DNA from: Felis catus
Taxonomy: Eukaryota
DNA length: 64,000 bases
NCBI RefSeq assembly: GCF_018350175.1
Contig: NC_058368.1
Location: forward strand, 209,500,001 to 209,564,000
Direction: 5' to 3'
Positions within the stretch are counted from its first letter, which is position 1; every line of letters starts with the position of its first letter. This document shows, piece after piece, positions 28,101 to 42,695 of this stretch. The translations under genes were made by a program, and so were the position numbers. The notes below the pieces were generated by a model. The model made no database searches and had not been told where the DNA came from. It saw only the letters and a program-made list of their open reading frames with translations.

Positions 28101-31100
28101 GATAAAATAGGACTTGAGTGTCTTCCACCTTCCCTAACTTTCACCTACATTGCTCTTTAGCTTACATCTTCCCTCCTTCCCCAGCAACACACTGACCTTG
28201 TAGTTGTGCTATGGCTATCCAGATCTATGTGGCCCAACTTTCAAAGTTACCCCTCAACATTTCTCCCATCCTTCAACAAAACAATTGCCTTAGTTTTAGA
28301 TTTTCAGGAGTGCAATTTGATTAAACTGCAGTAAAACCTTAAGTTTCAAGTGGTCTCTCTCAAAGCAGCATAACGCTTGTGTTTATGTTCTCATACTACT
28401 TTTACATTTTGTACTACACTATATTCTCACTGCATTGTTTTTGTTGTGGTATAATGACAATGTGTTTATGTAAACTACCAATTGCAATTCCTCCATCTCT
28501 CAAATCAGCGGCTCCAGAGTAAATTTTTTCTATAGTTACTTGTATAGAAATTAGAAAAACAGGAAGCTACTCTGAAGTCTCTTAAAAAATCCAGAGAAAC
28601 TTTTCTTCCTCCTAGCAAGGGCTGAAGCTGAGGTTCTCTGATACGAGCTTTCAGTACACTTGGAAACAGATATAACAGGGTTCATGGCTTTAAGACGACA
28701 CTAAGTGCTTCCATAAGATAAAATGAGAGCTCTCCTAACAGAAAGCAAGGAAAAGAAGAGTGGCTGCACTCATGACAAACATAAGGCATGTGTGGCTCTC
28801 TTCTCTTACACTTGATGGCCATTTCTGATTGTGCCATCCTTTCTACTTAACTGCAAGGTAGCTTCAAAATTCTCCTCAGCTTAGCAATGAGAGGAGCTCA
28901 GCCGCTCTCAGTGAAATGGGAGTTGAAGTGTGATTTGAAATCAGTCTGCAATTAAAGAACTCCTGCTTCTTAACTACTCCCTTTAGAAATGGGTGATGTT
29001 TTAGGGAGCAGGAGAGAGAGTGAAGGAGAGGCATGTCTATAAAGGGGAGTGAGTTTATGAGCCACCAGATCTCCTTTCTCCTATCCCTTTCCAGAATATA
29101 TGTTCCCATATGACCAAAATGTTTGATTATAATAAAAAAAGTATTAAGTTTAGCCATTGAAATATATTCCATGTAAATACATCTCATGAGAATACAAATG
29201 ATAACAGTTGTACATATAATTGTCAGATTAACTTTGCTATATATTTTATTTCAATTTTAAAACTTTCTTCAGATTTGTTCAGTATTTATAGCCTACTGCT
29301 CATAGCTCAAGAGCTCACAATTTAAAGAAAATCAGAGTAAATGAACATTAAAAACTTTGGAGGAGGTGAAGGATTTCCATCAGCAATATACATTTAAAAT
29401 TGGCAGCATGCATCTGTCCTTCCTGCCCTTGCTTGTCACACCTCAATCTATGGAAACTAGGTGGAAAAGGTAGAATACACTGGAGGTCTTCCCAGTTCTT
29501 TTGGTCAAAATGACTAAGTCAGTTGGCACACAAGTGAAGATCTCCCATAGTCTGTTTCCACTGAATGCCGTTTAAGTCAAACAAGGTTGCTGACCCCTCT
29601 TGGCTAGGCTCAATTCTCTTGCTCCAGAAGAAGGAAGATAGGGATAAAAGAGAAGAACTTTTTCAGTGGACCAGTAGGAAGACAGGCGAGGTATAGCAAG
29701 TCTAGTGCAAAGACAGGTGATCACAGTGTTGTAGAGAGGTAGCTGTGTAGTGAAGAAGCCAGCTCTGGAAAACAGTGAAACAAGGGAGGAATTCCAGGAC
29801 ACAGCTGGGCAAAAAGGAGAAGCCAGGTCCAAACCACACAGATAATTGGCAATGTGGCTAATCCATTCATAATTTAGTGATAGTATGGTTTTAAATATTT
29901 CTTCACCTGGCTATCTCCTATGTGTCCTTCAAGACTCAACTCAAGTGTCACCTCTTCCAGTAAGCGTTCCCTGAAACCCACGTATAATTTTGATGTCAAT
30001 CCAATGTGCTCCCATAGCACCCTGGATTTACTTATTATCACTGTGCTTTTCTCACTGTGCTACAACTGTTTACATATTTCCCCCATTAGACTGAAGGCTC
30101 TTTAAAGACAGGGGCCACATCTTATTTATATTTTTAATCTCAGTGCCTAACATATATAGTAGGAACTCAATAAATGTTTGCTAAATACAGACACATACCT
30201 GTGTTATTTGACACTAATCATAGCTCATTAAAATTTTTTTTCTTGGTGCCAACTGATCTCATCTGTCACACGTTTTTTAGTATAAAGAAAAAGCCTTGCT
30301 ATACTAAGTTATTGAGAATTAAGATCACTGTACTGTTCCTAACCCCCCAAATTATGAATGAGACAAACATATCAACCTGCGTTTTAATTCTAAAGTAATA
30401 ATAAAATTATGTGATACTTACATTCAAAAGCTTCATCACTATCATTATCTTCATCTGAACTGATTTCAGCATATTTTGGCTTTTCATTAACTGTGCTACG
30501 CTTGCGTTTATTCATTTTCACACGTTCACAAAGTGGCATGGTGGATTCAATTTCTGCCAGAAGTTCGGGGGGTAATTCTTTTAACACTGATTGATCTATA
30601 CTACCTATTAATGAAAGGTAAGAAAAAAATTTAAATCTGAAGATAAAAGGGAAATTTTAACTAAATTAGAACAATGAAAATGAAATACTAGTATTTATAT
30701 ACGTTTTCTAAGTCAGCTTTGTATTTTAATAAAACACATATTTAAAACTGTAATAGGCTCAACCCTGACCTGATAATGCAGTTTTTATACATGTATCATT
30801 ATATAACAACTTAAAAAATATAAAAAGGGTAGTTATATCATCAGTTTTTGATATAATGCCTTCATTTGTCTGCACAGACTAAAAACTTTCTAAAACTATG
30901 AATCCACTGGCATTGACTAGCGTATTTGTACTAGGGGATTCATTTTGCATTCTTGGTAGCACCCCCATTTGTTTTACAGAGGTCTATACCCGTTAGTTTG
31001 AAAGTAAGGCTCTCTCTCCATGCAGATTAGAAGAGTTGGAAGACACTTAGCACCTCCTTCTCTTCATCTATGATCTTGGTGGTTGTGTGATATGGCTGAG

Positions 31101-34100
31101 ACTAGAGTTTTACATGCTTTTACCTATCACTGTCTATTCGAGAGGCATGGTAATGCCTTTAGTATTCCAAAGAACTTCCTCAAACAGATAAACCAATATA
31201 TGCATTTAACTGAAGATAAAGGAACATGAAAGGCAGGATAAACAAAACAAAAATATTTAAAAATATAATTGTCTATAATTGAAAATAGTAAATTCAAGTC
31301 TGTCATGAAATAAGTTCATATTTTCCCATGAAAAAGTAATGACGGAATAAAAATATATCAGCATAATAACATTAACATAATATTTACTATTTAATCCTAC
31401 ACACATACACACAAATACACAAACACTACAAATGAAGAAATAAATTCTTAACATCTTATTGAGAGCTTAAAAATAAAGAAGTAGCAAAAGCTATTTATTC
31501 AGGATAATTTGTCCTTGATGATGACAATTTTAACTTACTTTACTTACCCTTGTAAATTTTTTAGTGGAAGTACAAAAATGAGGTCTTAGCTGCTAAATTT
31601 TAGAAACTGGGAGCAAAGAGTACTTTAGTGGATTATAACGGGGAGTATTAGTAACTATAATCAACATTAACACTACAACATTTGAATTTTAATAGTGCTT
31701 ATGTAAAGGATAAAAATAAATCATGACAAAAATGAATGGGTACTGATTAAGATAATTTCAAAGCCTCAGTATTCAATCCCAATAATTTAAGAATATAAAA
31801 CATAGCTTATTAATCTCAATGGAAGAATAATCTTTTTTTTATTCTTCATGCAATTTTTATTGAACATCATGAAAGAGTTATTTCAGTAACCTTTAGTCTT
31901 TTACTCTTCTAAGGACACGCATAGCAAAAATTTTACCCAATAAAGATGTAATACTTGTGACTGGTAGTATTCCAAAGAATTCATTGCTGAGAATCCTGAC
32001 AGACTAATGTTGAGTGTAACTTATCTGTGTCACTTTCAAATCATGTAACATTACTCTGTGCTGGCTTTCTTAATTTAACTGTACTTTATCAGTGAGGTCT
32101 TTTCAGAATATTGCTACAAGTAAAAGAAACCAACTTTAGCTTTTGGATTGTCCATATGTTAGCCCAAAGGTAAATACAAAATGCATCTCATTTAAAAGTC
32201 CTTAACGTCTTGAGCACCTCTAATTAAATGTGTGGTTCTTTTTTGATGGAAGGATCATATGTCTTCTAGTATTTACCTTCCCCTTTCCACATGGCCTATA
32301 ATTTATCTTAATTTATTTTAATAATTTATAAATGCTCAATAAATGCTTTCTGATTACCTGTCATTCACAATTTCCTATGATCACTTACAAACTTCCTGTA
32401 TAGTTTCTGAATTGCTAGATTTTAGAGGCAAATGAAGACATTTCCCAAATTAAAAAAAAAAAAAAAAAAAATGGAAGTACTGTCCTTTTTGTACTCCTGA
32501 AATGTTATAAGCTTTTGGGGTATTTAAATAATGATAGCCCCTGGTGCCTGAGTGGCTCAGTCAGTTAAGCATCCAACTCTTGACTTCAGCTCAGGTCATG
32601 ATCTCACGGTTTGTGAGATAGAGTCCCACGTCAGGCTCCATGACGACAGTGCAGAGCCTACTTGGGATTCTCTCTCTCCTGCTCTCTCTACCTCTCTCCT
32701 GTGTGCTCTCGCTCTCTCTCAAACAAAACATTAAAAAAAAAATAAGTAGAGATAGCGCCAAAGTATTTGGCCTTTAATCCATCATGACATTTTTTAAAAA
32801 GCCAATTTACCTGATTATGTTCTGCTTAAATTCCCATTCTCAAAGACATATACTGACCTGATACATATCCCAGAATAAAAATTATCCTATGGATAAATAT
32901 ACAATAGATAATCAAGGGTCAATATATGTATTGGTACTTGTAGTCTCTTTACAATGGTTTGTGAGATCACCAGAGCAAGGACTCTGCTCTCTTTCTCTCT
33001 TTTAAAAAAACTCCTCACAATAGCCAGACATAGAAAACTTAATGTCATATATATGATAAAGCAGGCACCAAAGTTTATTCATTGTAGTTTACCATCTCTT
33101 ATTCCCTAAATCATAAAAATACAATCAGATTTAAGAGCTTTTCTATTAGGTCGATCATTTTAACCTCTGTATAACTGAATGGTACAGCAACATAATTCAA
33201 AGACCAAATGTTTAATTTCTGAAGATAACCCAACTTAAAAAACGAATCCAGCAACAGGTAATGTCTCTCAATGTATCATCCTCCAAAAGTAACCTCTGTT
33301 TCATTTTGAATAGAAACATCTATTCCAAAGGTTTAGGCATTTTCTCAATTAAACACATCCTTTCTTCCTTTCAATAAAACACTTTATAAACTGACTCAGC
33401 TAGGTCCCTTGATTATAAAGAATAAGAGATAAAATGTTAGACTTTCCTATACTCACATTCGGGTTCTTTACTACATTATCAAGGACTGAATAACTGACTC
33501 AGCTTCAAAAGATCTGAATAAACAGTGAGTACCTCAAATGATGCCTATGATGTATTGGTTATGTTCTTTCCCCTAAATTAGGAACTAGCAATTGTTTAAT
33601 TGCAAAATAATGTCTATTTCTTAACACAACTAGAAACTAGACTTTAGAAATTATTGTTTATGGAGGCACCTGGGTGGCTTAGTCAGTTAAGCGTCTGACT
33701 TTGGCTCAGGTCACAATCTCACAGTTCATGGGTGCAGCCCCGCATCGGGCTCTGTGCTAACAACTCAGTCTGGAGCCTGCTTCGGATTCTATGTCTCTGT
33801 CTCTCTCTCTGTCTCTCTCTCTCTCTGCCCTTCCCTGGTTTGTGCTCTCTCTCAAAAATAAAATAAACATTAAAAAAAAAAAAAAGGAATTGTTTGTAGG
33901 GTTATTGTTCTTAAAAAATTCAGATTGCTAGTACCTGATGATTATCTTTCTCACCTCAGTTCTCCCATTCCAACTACTTTATTGTTTAAATCAGGTGTTT
34001 GAATTACCACAAAATTTTAAGTTACTGGCTTGAGGGGATAATGTCATTTAGTCACAATTTTGTGAATATCACACTTTCAGCTTTTGTAGGTATATACTCC

Positions 34101-37100
34101 ATTAGATGTAGCGCACCTCTATTTTCTAGCTCTAATAAGGCTAAAAGAATACATTTACTTCTAGATATGGTACATTTTAGGAACCTTGGATTTCTAGTCT
34201 AAATTACTTATATTAGCACATTTAGCAGATTATTAAATCCAGGCTACTAAAAGTCTCAAAGAGTCACTGATTAGATAACAATGCATTATTTGGGAGCGCC
34301 TGAGTGGCTCAGTCAGTTAAGCGTCTGATTTTGGCTCAGGTCATGATCTCACGGTTCGTGAGTTCATGAGTTCGTGAGTTCGAGCCCTGCGTCGGGCTCT
34401 GTGCTGACAGCTCAGAGCCTGGAGCCTGCTTCAGATTCTATGTCTCCCTCTCCGCTGCTTGCACTCTGTCTCTCACATTGTGTCAAAAATAAATAAACAT
34501 TAAAAAAAAATGTGTTATTTGTTTTTTTAAGTGAAACAAACAACCCCGAGATTAAAATAAATGAACTCTTTGGGACTATAGTTTCAGACAGTGGAAACCA
34601 GTCATGTTCAGAAACAAACCAAGAAACTCACATAAAACTCCAAATTATGTAAGTCATAAAAAACATCTTAGGCATAATGTAGTTCAGGGACAATTCTTCC
34701 AATAACCTACTCAAATTGCAAAGGAGTAGCATCAAATGGATCTTTAACCCCAAATACAGGCAATCTGCCTGTCGTGTAACCCTAAGTGGGTTAATACAGT
34801 TTGAAGAAGATACATATTTTTGGTAGAAATGGTTCCTAAATGCAAGCCAACTTCTTTATTTAAAGCCACTATTAAGAAGTGCATCTAGGGGCGCCTGGGT
34901 GGCGCAGTCGGTTAAGCGTCCGACTTCAGCCAGGTCACGATCTTGCGGTCCGTGAGTTCAAGCCCCGCGTCAGGCTCTGGGCTGATGGCTCAGAGCCTGG
35001 AGCCTGTTTCCGATTCTGTGTCTCCCTCTCTCTCTGCCCCTCCCCCGTTCATGCTCTGTCTCTCTCTGTCCCAAAAATAAATAAACGTTGAAAAAAAAAA
35101 TAAAAAAAATAAAAAAAAAAGAAGTGCATCTAAGTAGCATAAATTGTGGATTACATAGCCCTGAAATATGGCAACAGTTGGGAGGTAGAAACAAAAAGCA
35201 ACAACCTAAAGAGAAACTAAAAAAAAGTATGGTTCAACTATGAGACCAGGACACTGAATGTTCATTTCACAGGGACCATAAGATTACCTAACCTGATGGC
35301 AGTACTATGGATAAAGAGGAAGACTGTGCACTAGGGACCAAAATCTGCAGTGAATGTAGGGACATAGAAGATTGCTGTCCAAAGTTTTGAGGTCGGGTGC
35401 CTGGGTGGCTTAGTGGGTTGAGCATCCGACTTTGACTCACGTCATGATTTCGTGGTTCATGGGTTTAAGCCTTGCGTTGGGCTCTGTGCCGACAGCTCAC
35501 AGCCTTGAGCCTGCTTCGGATTCTGTGTCTCCCTCTCTCTCTGCCCTCCCCCGCTTGCACTCTGTATCTCTCTCTCAAAAATAAATAAACATTAAACAAA
35601 AAGTTTGGAGGTCACAAAACAATGACCTTAGGGGAAAAACTTTGACACGTACATTTTAGCAATTACAGGTGACCCTTAACATGTTTGAACTGCATGGGTC
35701 CACTTATATGCCAATTTTTCTTGAGAGATACAGTATAGTATTGTAGATGTATTTTCTTTTTCTTATGATTTTAACAGTATATAATGCATGTAATAAACAA
35801 AATATGTATTGACTTTATGTTACTGGTAAAGCTTCCTGGTCAACATTAGGCTATTATCAGTAGTTAAATTTTGGGGGAGTCAAAAGTTATACATGGATTT
35901 TTGACTGTGTAGAGGAAGAACCCTCCATGTTATTCAAGGATCAACTGAATTTGAAAAGAGCAGTAGCAAACTAGGAGAAAGGACATTCTCCTTTTTAGTA
36001 GCGCTAAGGCTCTTTGGTTGAGTGAAAATGAGGGAAGTGAAACTCACAGCTTTCTATAGATGATAGTTAACATTAACAGTCATCAGAGTAGTAAGAAGGG
36101 AGGATCTGTTTGTAACTGAGGATGAGGTCTTAAAATTTTTTTTTTTTCAACGTTTATTTATTTTTGGGACAGAGAGAGACAGAGCATGAACGGGGGAGGG
36201 GCAGAGAGAGAGGGAGACACAGAATCGGAAACAGGCTCCAGGCTCTGAGCCATCAGCCCAGAGCCCGACGCGGGGCTCGAACTCACGGACCGCGAGATCG
36301 TGACCTGGCTGAAGTCGGACACTTAACCGTCTGCGCCACCCAGGTGCCCCTGAGGATGAGGTCTTAATTTAAGGGAAGAGAACATCAGGTAGATTACCTT
36401 CTCTAAAAGGAAAAGGTCAGGAAATAGGTTTGCTTTTGTTTGTGATGGTTTAGGAAAAATGGAAGTGATGCATAATGAGATAATCTAGTATAAAGTTGCT
36501 TTAATTTTGGTAAAGAGGAAGAGAGACCCCAGCTACTGGCTGGAGGCCTAATACTACTTATTCAGGATTACAAAAAAACTTAAAATATGAAACAGCAACT
36601 TTTATATCAAAATTATAGCATAGATAATTAAGCTCTCTGATACAAGGTAGTCAATATACTTTCAACTTTTTTTTTTTTAAGTTTATTATTTTGAGAGAAG
36701 GTGTATGTGCACGTGGGGGAAGGGCAGAGAGAGAGGCAGACAGAATCCCAAGCACTCTCCCTGCTGCCCACACAGAAGCCCGATGCAGGGCTCAAATCCA
36801 CAAACTGCATGATCTTAACCTGAGCCAAAGTCAAGAGTCAGACGCTTAACTGACTAAGCCACCCAGGTGCCCCACTCTTCTATTGCTTTAAAAAAAAATT
36901 TTTTTTTTTAATTTGAGAGAGACTGAGAGAGAAAAAGAATACACGAGTCAGGGAGAGGGCAGAGGAAGAGAGAGAGAATCTTAAGTAGGCTCTATGCACA
37001 GTGTGGAGCTGATATGGGGCTTGATCCCATGATGACTCAGGGATCACAACCTGAGCTGAAATCAAGACTTGGATGCTCAACCAACTAAGCCACCCAGGTG

Positions 37101-40100
37101 TCCCAACATTCTATTCTTGATGTAAATTTTTCTTAGAAGCACTGTGTCCATTTTTTTTTTTAACAAGTCAACTTCCTGACTCATGATCATTATTGAAAAG
37201 ATCAAATTTTCTACAATGCTTTACACAGCGATGTCTTTAGGAATTAACTGCTATGCAGAGATGTTTGAGATGATATGAAATGATTCAGCCTTTGCTTCTG
37301 AGTTCTGTAAGTCTGCTTGTAGTTGACAGAAATGTATATACTCAGAATCTGTTGACTAGTATAGAATATATAACAGAGCAAATGGGGTTAAAATCCTTTA
37401 ACTCATTACTTATACTATTCATAGAAATTTATTCCAAGGAAATCTATACAACAAAAAAATTCTATGAAGAAAGGTGTTTAGATCAGTTTTATCTATTATA
37501 ACAGCTTTTCTTCCAGATGAAAATTCTTTTCTAAATCCTGAAGGAAGTTTATCCACAAAGTGAAAAGATATCATAATTGACGTGCGACAAGTGTAAAATA
37601 TATTAAAAGTAATTGAAGTCTGATTTTACTTGTTATATATTTTATATATTAAATATTAATATATTAATAACTTATATAACCCCACTAAATGAGGTACTCA
37701 GATATTAAATATCCTTCTTGAAATACTATATTTGGCAAACTTCACACTACATAAATACTAGAGAACTAGAAAACTATTTCAAAACTCATTCTAGATGAAT
37801 CGTTTTACATACACATATAAATACTCAGATAACAGTGGACATTACAAATTTTAGGTCTCATTTGCTACAGAATAATCTATTTATCAGATTAACCTACATT
37901 ACAATTTTAATTTTATATATCTACAGTAGGTAGGCTCAGCAAACTACAGCCTGTGGAGTCAAATATGCCCACCACACATTTCTGTATATTAAGTTTTATT
38001 AGAATACAGTGACACACAATCATTTCCATGTTGTCTATGGTTGCTTTCGTATTATTGCAATGTTAAAAAAAAAGTGGCCTGTAAAGCCTAAAATATTTAC
38101 AATCTGGGCCTTCACAGAAAAAGTCTGCTGACCCCTGATCTCTATCCTGTCATAGTTTTTTCAAATTGGAACAAAGTGCCAGCCACCTCACCAGTGCAGT
38201 CACTATATTCTGTACATTTTAGATCACTGAAAATTGGTTTATTTAATGAAGACAAAAACCAAGGAGTTGGTTTGTAGCAAATGAAAAAAAACTATTACAA
38301 ATGAAGCAGGCAGAAGAAAAGATTCCAAGAAAAATCTGGCTTTAAGCATCAGCTTTGATCTTGACACTAGTACTACAAATATCTCATCAATGTGCAGCTA
38401 CTATATTACTATGGGGAAGAACGATAAAAAGAAACATGCTTTCCAGTAAGTTTATCATGTAAATAACAATTTACTACTAATCAACACAGAAAGTAGGAAG
38501 CAGGGATCAAATGATCCTTTCCTTGATATGTAGACACAGAGAGAAAAATAAATAGTAGAAGCACAACCTAACTTTTAATCTCAAGGAACTAAAAAAAGAA
38601 AACAAAGCCCAAATTTAATAGAAGGATGAAAATAAATATTAAAGCAGAAATAATTGAAACAGACTAAAAACAGAAAAGATCAATGAAACTAAGAAGTGAA
38701 TTTCTGAAAAAATAAACAAAATAGACAAACCTTCAGCTACACTTACCAAGAAAAAAAGGAAGAGGACTCAAAAAAAAAAACAAACAAAAGAAGACGCATT
38801 AAAACTGGTACCATATAAATACAAAGGATCCATATCCCTAGAAACATATAACCCACCAAGGCTGGCTCATGAAGAAATAAAAAATCTGAACAGACCAATT
38901 ATTAGGAGATTGGATTAGTAATCAAAATCCTCCCACAAAGAAAAGCCCAGGACCAGACAAGTTCTCTGATGAATTCCAACAAACATTTAAAGAATATTAA
39001 TTTTTTTCAAACACTTCCAAAAACAGAAGAGGAAGAAAAGGAGGGAACACTTCCGAAGTCAGCATTACCCTGATACCAAAACCAGAAAAGGACACTACAA
39101 GAAAGAAAATCACAGGCCAATACGTCTGATAAACATAGATTCAAAGTCCTCAACTAAATACTAGCAAATAACATTCAATAACACATTAAAAGAATCAGGA
39201 TTATATACCATGATGAAGTGGGATTTATTGCAGAAATGCATGAATGGTTTAAAATCTGTCAATTAATGTGATACACATTAACAAAATGAATGATAAAAAT
39301 AATATGATCATCTATTTAATAGATGCAGAAAAGCATTTTAAAAAATTCAACATCTATTCATGATGAAAACTCTCAACAAACTGCATACAAAGGGAATGTA
39401 CCTGAACATAATAAAGGCCATATATGACAAGCCCACAGCTAATATCTTACTCAATGGTGAAAAGCTTTATAAGGAACAAGATAAGGATGCCCAATCTTGC
39501 CATTTTTATTCAACATAGTACTAGAAGTCCTAGCCAGAGCAGAGCAATTAGGGAGGAAAAAGAAATAAAAGGCATCCAGACCAGAAAGGAAAAATTAACT
39601 ATCGCTATTGCCAGATTACATGACATATATAGAAAACCTAAAGATTCCACCAATAAACTGTTAGAACTAATAAAGTAAATAAGGTTGCAGGATACAAAAT
39701 CAACATACAAAAATCAGTTGCATTTTGATATATTAACAATAATCAGAAAGAGATATTAAGAAAAAAATCCATTTATAATTACATCCAAAAGAACAAAATA
39801 CAAGGAATAAATTTAACCAGAGGTGAAAGATCTGTACACTGAAAACTAGAAAAAGTTGATAGAAGGAACTAAAGAGACAAATAAATGCACAGAAAGTTCT
39901 GTGCTCATGGATTACAAGAATTAATGCTGTTAAAATGCCCACACTACCCAAAGCCATCTATATATACAAAGCAATCCCTGTCAAAATTCCAATGACATTT
40001 ATTACAGAAATAGAACAGCCCTAAAATTTGCACAGAACCACAAAATAGTCAAATAACCAAAGCAATCTTAAGAAAGAAGAACAAAGCTCAGGGCACCATG

Positions 40101-40766
40101 CTTCCTGATCTTAAACTATATTGCAAAGCTGTAGTAACCAAAACAGTATGATAATGGCATAAAAATAGACACATATATCAATGGAACAGATAAGACAGCC
40201 CAGAAATAAACTCATGCATATATGGTCAATTAATTTACAAAAAAGCAGCCAAGAATATTCAACAAAGAAAGGATGGTCATTTAAAAAAATTTTTTTAAGG
40301 GGCACCTGGGTGGCTCAGTTGGTTAAGTGTCCGACTTCGGCTCAGAAGTTTGTGAGTTCGAGCCCTGCATCGGGCTTTGTGCTGACAGCTTAGGGCCTAG
40401 AGCCTGCTTCGGATTCTGTGTCTCCCTCTCTCTCTGCTCCTCCCCTGCTCACACACTGTCTCTCTCTCAAAAATAAAGAGGTGCGTCTGGGTGGCTCAGT
40501 CGGTTAGGCGTCCGACTTCAGTTCAGGTCATGATCCCACAGTCTGTGAGTTCGAGCCCTGCGTCAGGCTCTGTGCTGACAGCTCAGAGCCTGGAGCCTGC
40601 TTTGGATTCTGTGTCTCCCTCTCTCTCTGCCCCTCCCCAGCTCATGCTCTGTCTCTCTCTGTCTCAAAAATAAATAAAAACATTAAAAAAAAAAAGATTT
40701 AACAAAAATAAGAAAAAAATTTTTAAGTGTATTTATTTATTTTGAGAGAGAGAGACAGAGAGAGAC

Positions 40767-40808
<42 letters not shown>

Positions 40809-42664
40809 GCAAGTACATGTGTGGGGGAGGAGCAGAGAGAGAGAGAGAAAAAATCCAAAGCAGGCTCTGTGCTATTAGCTATTAGCACAGAGCCTGCTAT
40901 GGGGCTCGATCTCAGGAACCATGATGGCCAACAAGTGTAACAAGTGTATGAAAAGGTGCTCAACATGACTAATCATCAGGGAAATGCAAATCAAAATTGG
41001 AAGAAGGTACACCTGCTGGAATGGCTATTATCAAAAAGGCAACAACAAGTCTTGGTGAGAATGTGGAGAAAATGTAACCTTGTGCACTGTTGGGGGGGGG
41101 GGGAATATAAACTGGTCTAGCCACTATGAAAAATAGTATGGAGGTCTCAAATAAAACCACCATAGGATCCAGCAATACTCACTTCTGGATATATACCCAA
41201 AGGGGATGAAATCACTATTTCAAAGAGATATCTCCACAGCCTGTCCCCACCCATGTTCACTGAAGCATTATTTACAATAGCCAAGACATGAAAACAACCT
41301 AAGTTGTTTAGTCTATTGACAAATGAGTAAAGAAAAATGTGGTGTAAATGTATGTGTACACACACACACTAGATTATTCAGTAACAAAAAAGAAGGAAAG
41401 TATATCATTTGCAACAACATGGATGTACCCTGCGGGGCCTTATGCTAGGAGAAATAAGTCAAATAGCGAGAGACAAATACTGTGTGATTTCACTTATATG
41501 TGGAATCTAAAAAAACTGAACTCACAGAAACAGAGAACAGGTTGGTGGTTGCCAGACACGGGGGTGGAGGGGGGGGGTGGTTGTTGGGTGAAATGGGTAC
41601 AGGTGTTCAAAATGTATAAACTTCTAGTTATAAGATGAATAATTTCTGGGGATATAATGTACACCATAGTTACTACAGTTAACAGTACCATACTGTATAT
41701 TTCAAAGTTGCTAAGACAGCAAATCTTAAAAGTTCTCATAAGAAAAAAAAAAATAGAACTATGTGAGGTGATGAATGCTAATTTATTGTGGTAATTATTT
41801 CATGATATATACATACATCAAATTATTATTTTGTACACTTCAATGAAATGCTATTATGTTAAATACATCTCAAAAAATTGACAAGAAATGGTGGCAGCAG
41901 TGTCTTCGAATATACTGTGAATATAAAGTATATATACATAAAAAGTTTTTCAAAAATAGTCTCATTAGATAAACTCAATTAAAATGGCATGACTGCATTT
42001 CGTCATATAAAAAATTGGACAGCTCTTGGTTCTTACTGCAAGATTCCTTTTGGTTCTCATAAATGAATGAGGTAGGAAGAAAATTGGTTTCTCCATTATA
42101 AAGTGAATGAACCAAGGCTACAATTTATTCGAGATTCTGATTCCAGTGCACTTTGTATTATAATTTATAATGGACTTAATGGAGAATTTTCAATTTTCAA
42201 CATTAGAAGCCAGAGAAGGCTAATTTTTTTAATCTGGAGGGGATCCAGATTTAAAAATCCACATTATATTGTATCATATTATATCAGAGTATAGTGTTAT
42301 ATACTGTTACTCTGATATGTTACTCTTACTATATAGTGAATTCTCTTATTCTAAAAAAAGTTATTGAAACCCTCCTCTACAAGAGACTGATATTAAGATA
42401 ATGAAAACCTACTTGATATTATACTATACTAAATCATCCTATGTATTATATTATACATACAGTTGACTTTGAATAATATGGGTTTGACCTACACAGGTCC
42501 ACTTATAGACAGAATTTTTCCAATAAATATAGTATAGTACTATAGATGTATTTTCTCTTATGATTTTAATAATTTTCTTTTCTCTAGCTTACTTTATTAT
42601 AAAAGTACAGTATATAATACCTTAGAACTCATATCTGTTATATATGTATACATATGTATATATA

Positions 42665-42695
<31 letters not shown>

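Noticed and set aside
39424..41739. ORFs with L1 ORF2 similarity
   Set aside because: Fragments of a frameshifted, truncated L1; not an active element or host gene
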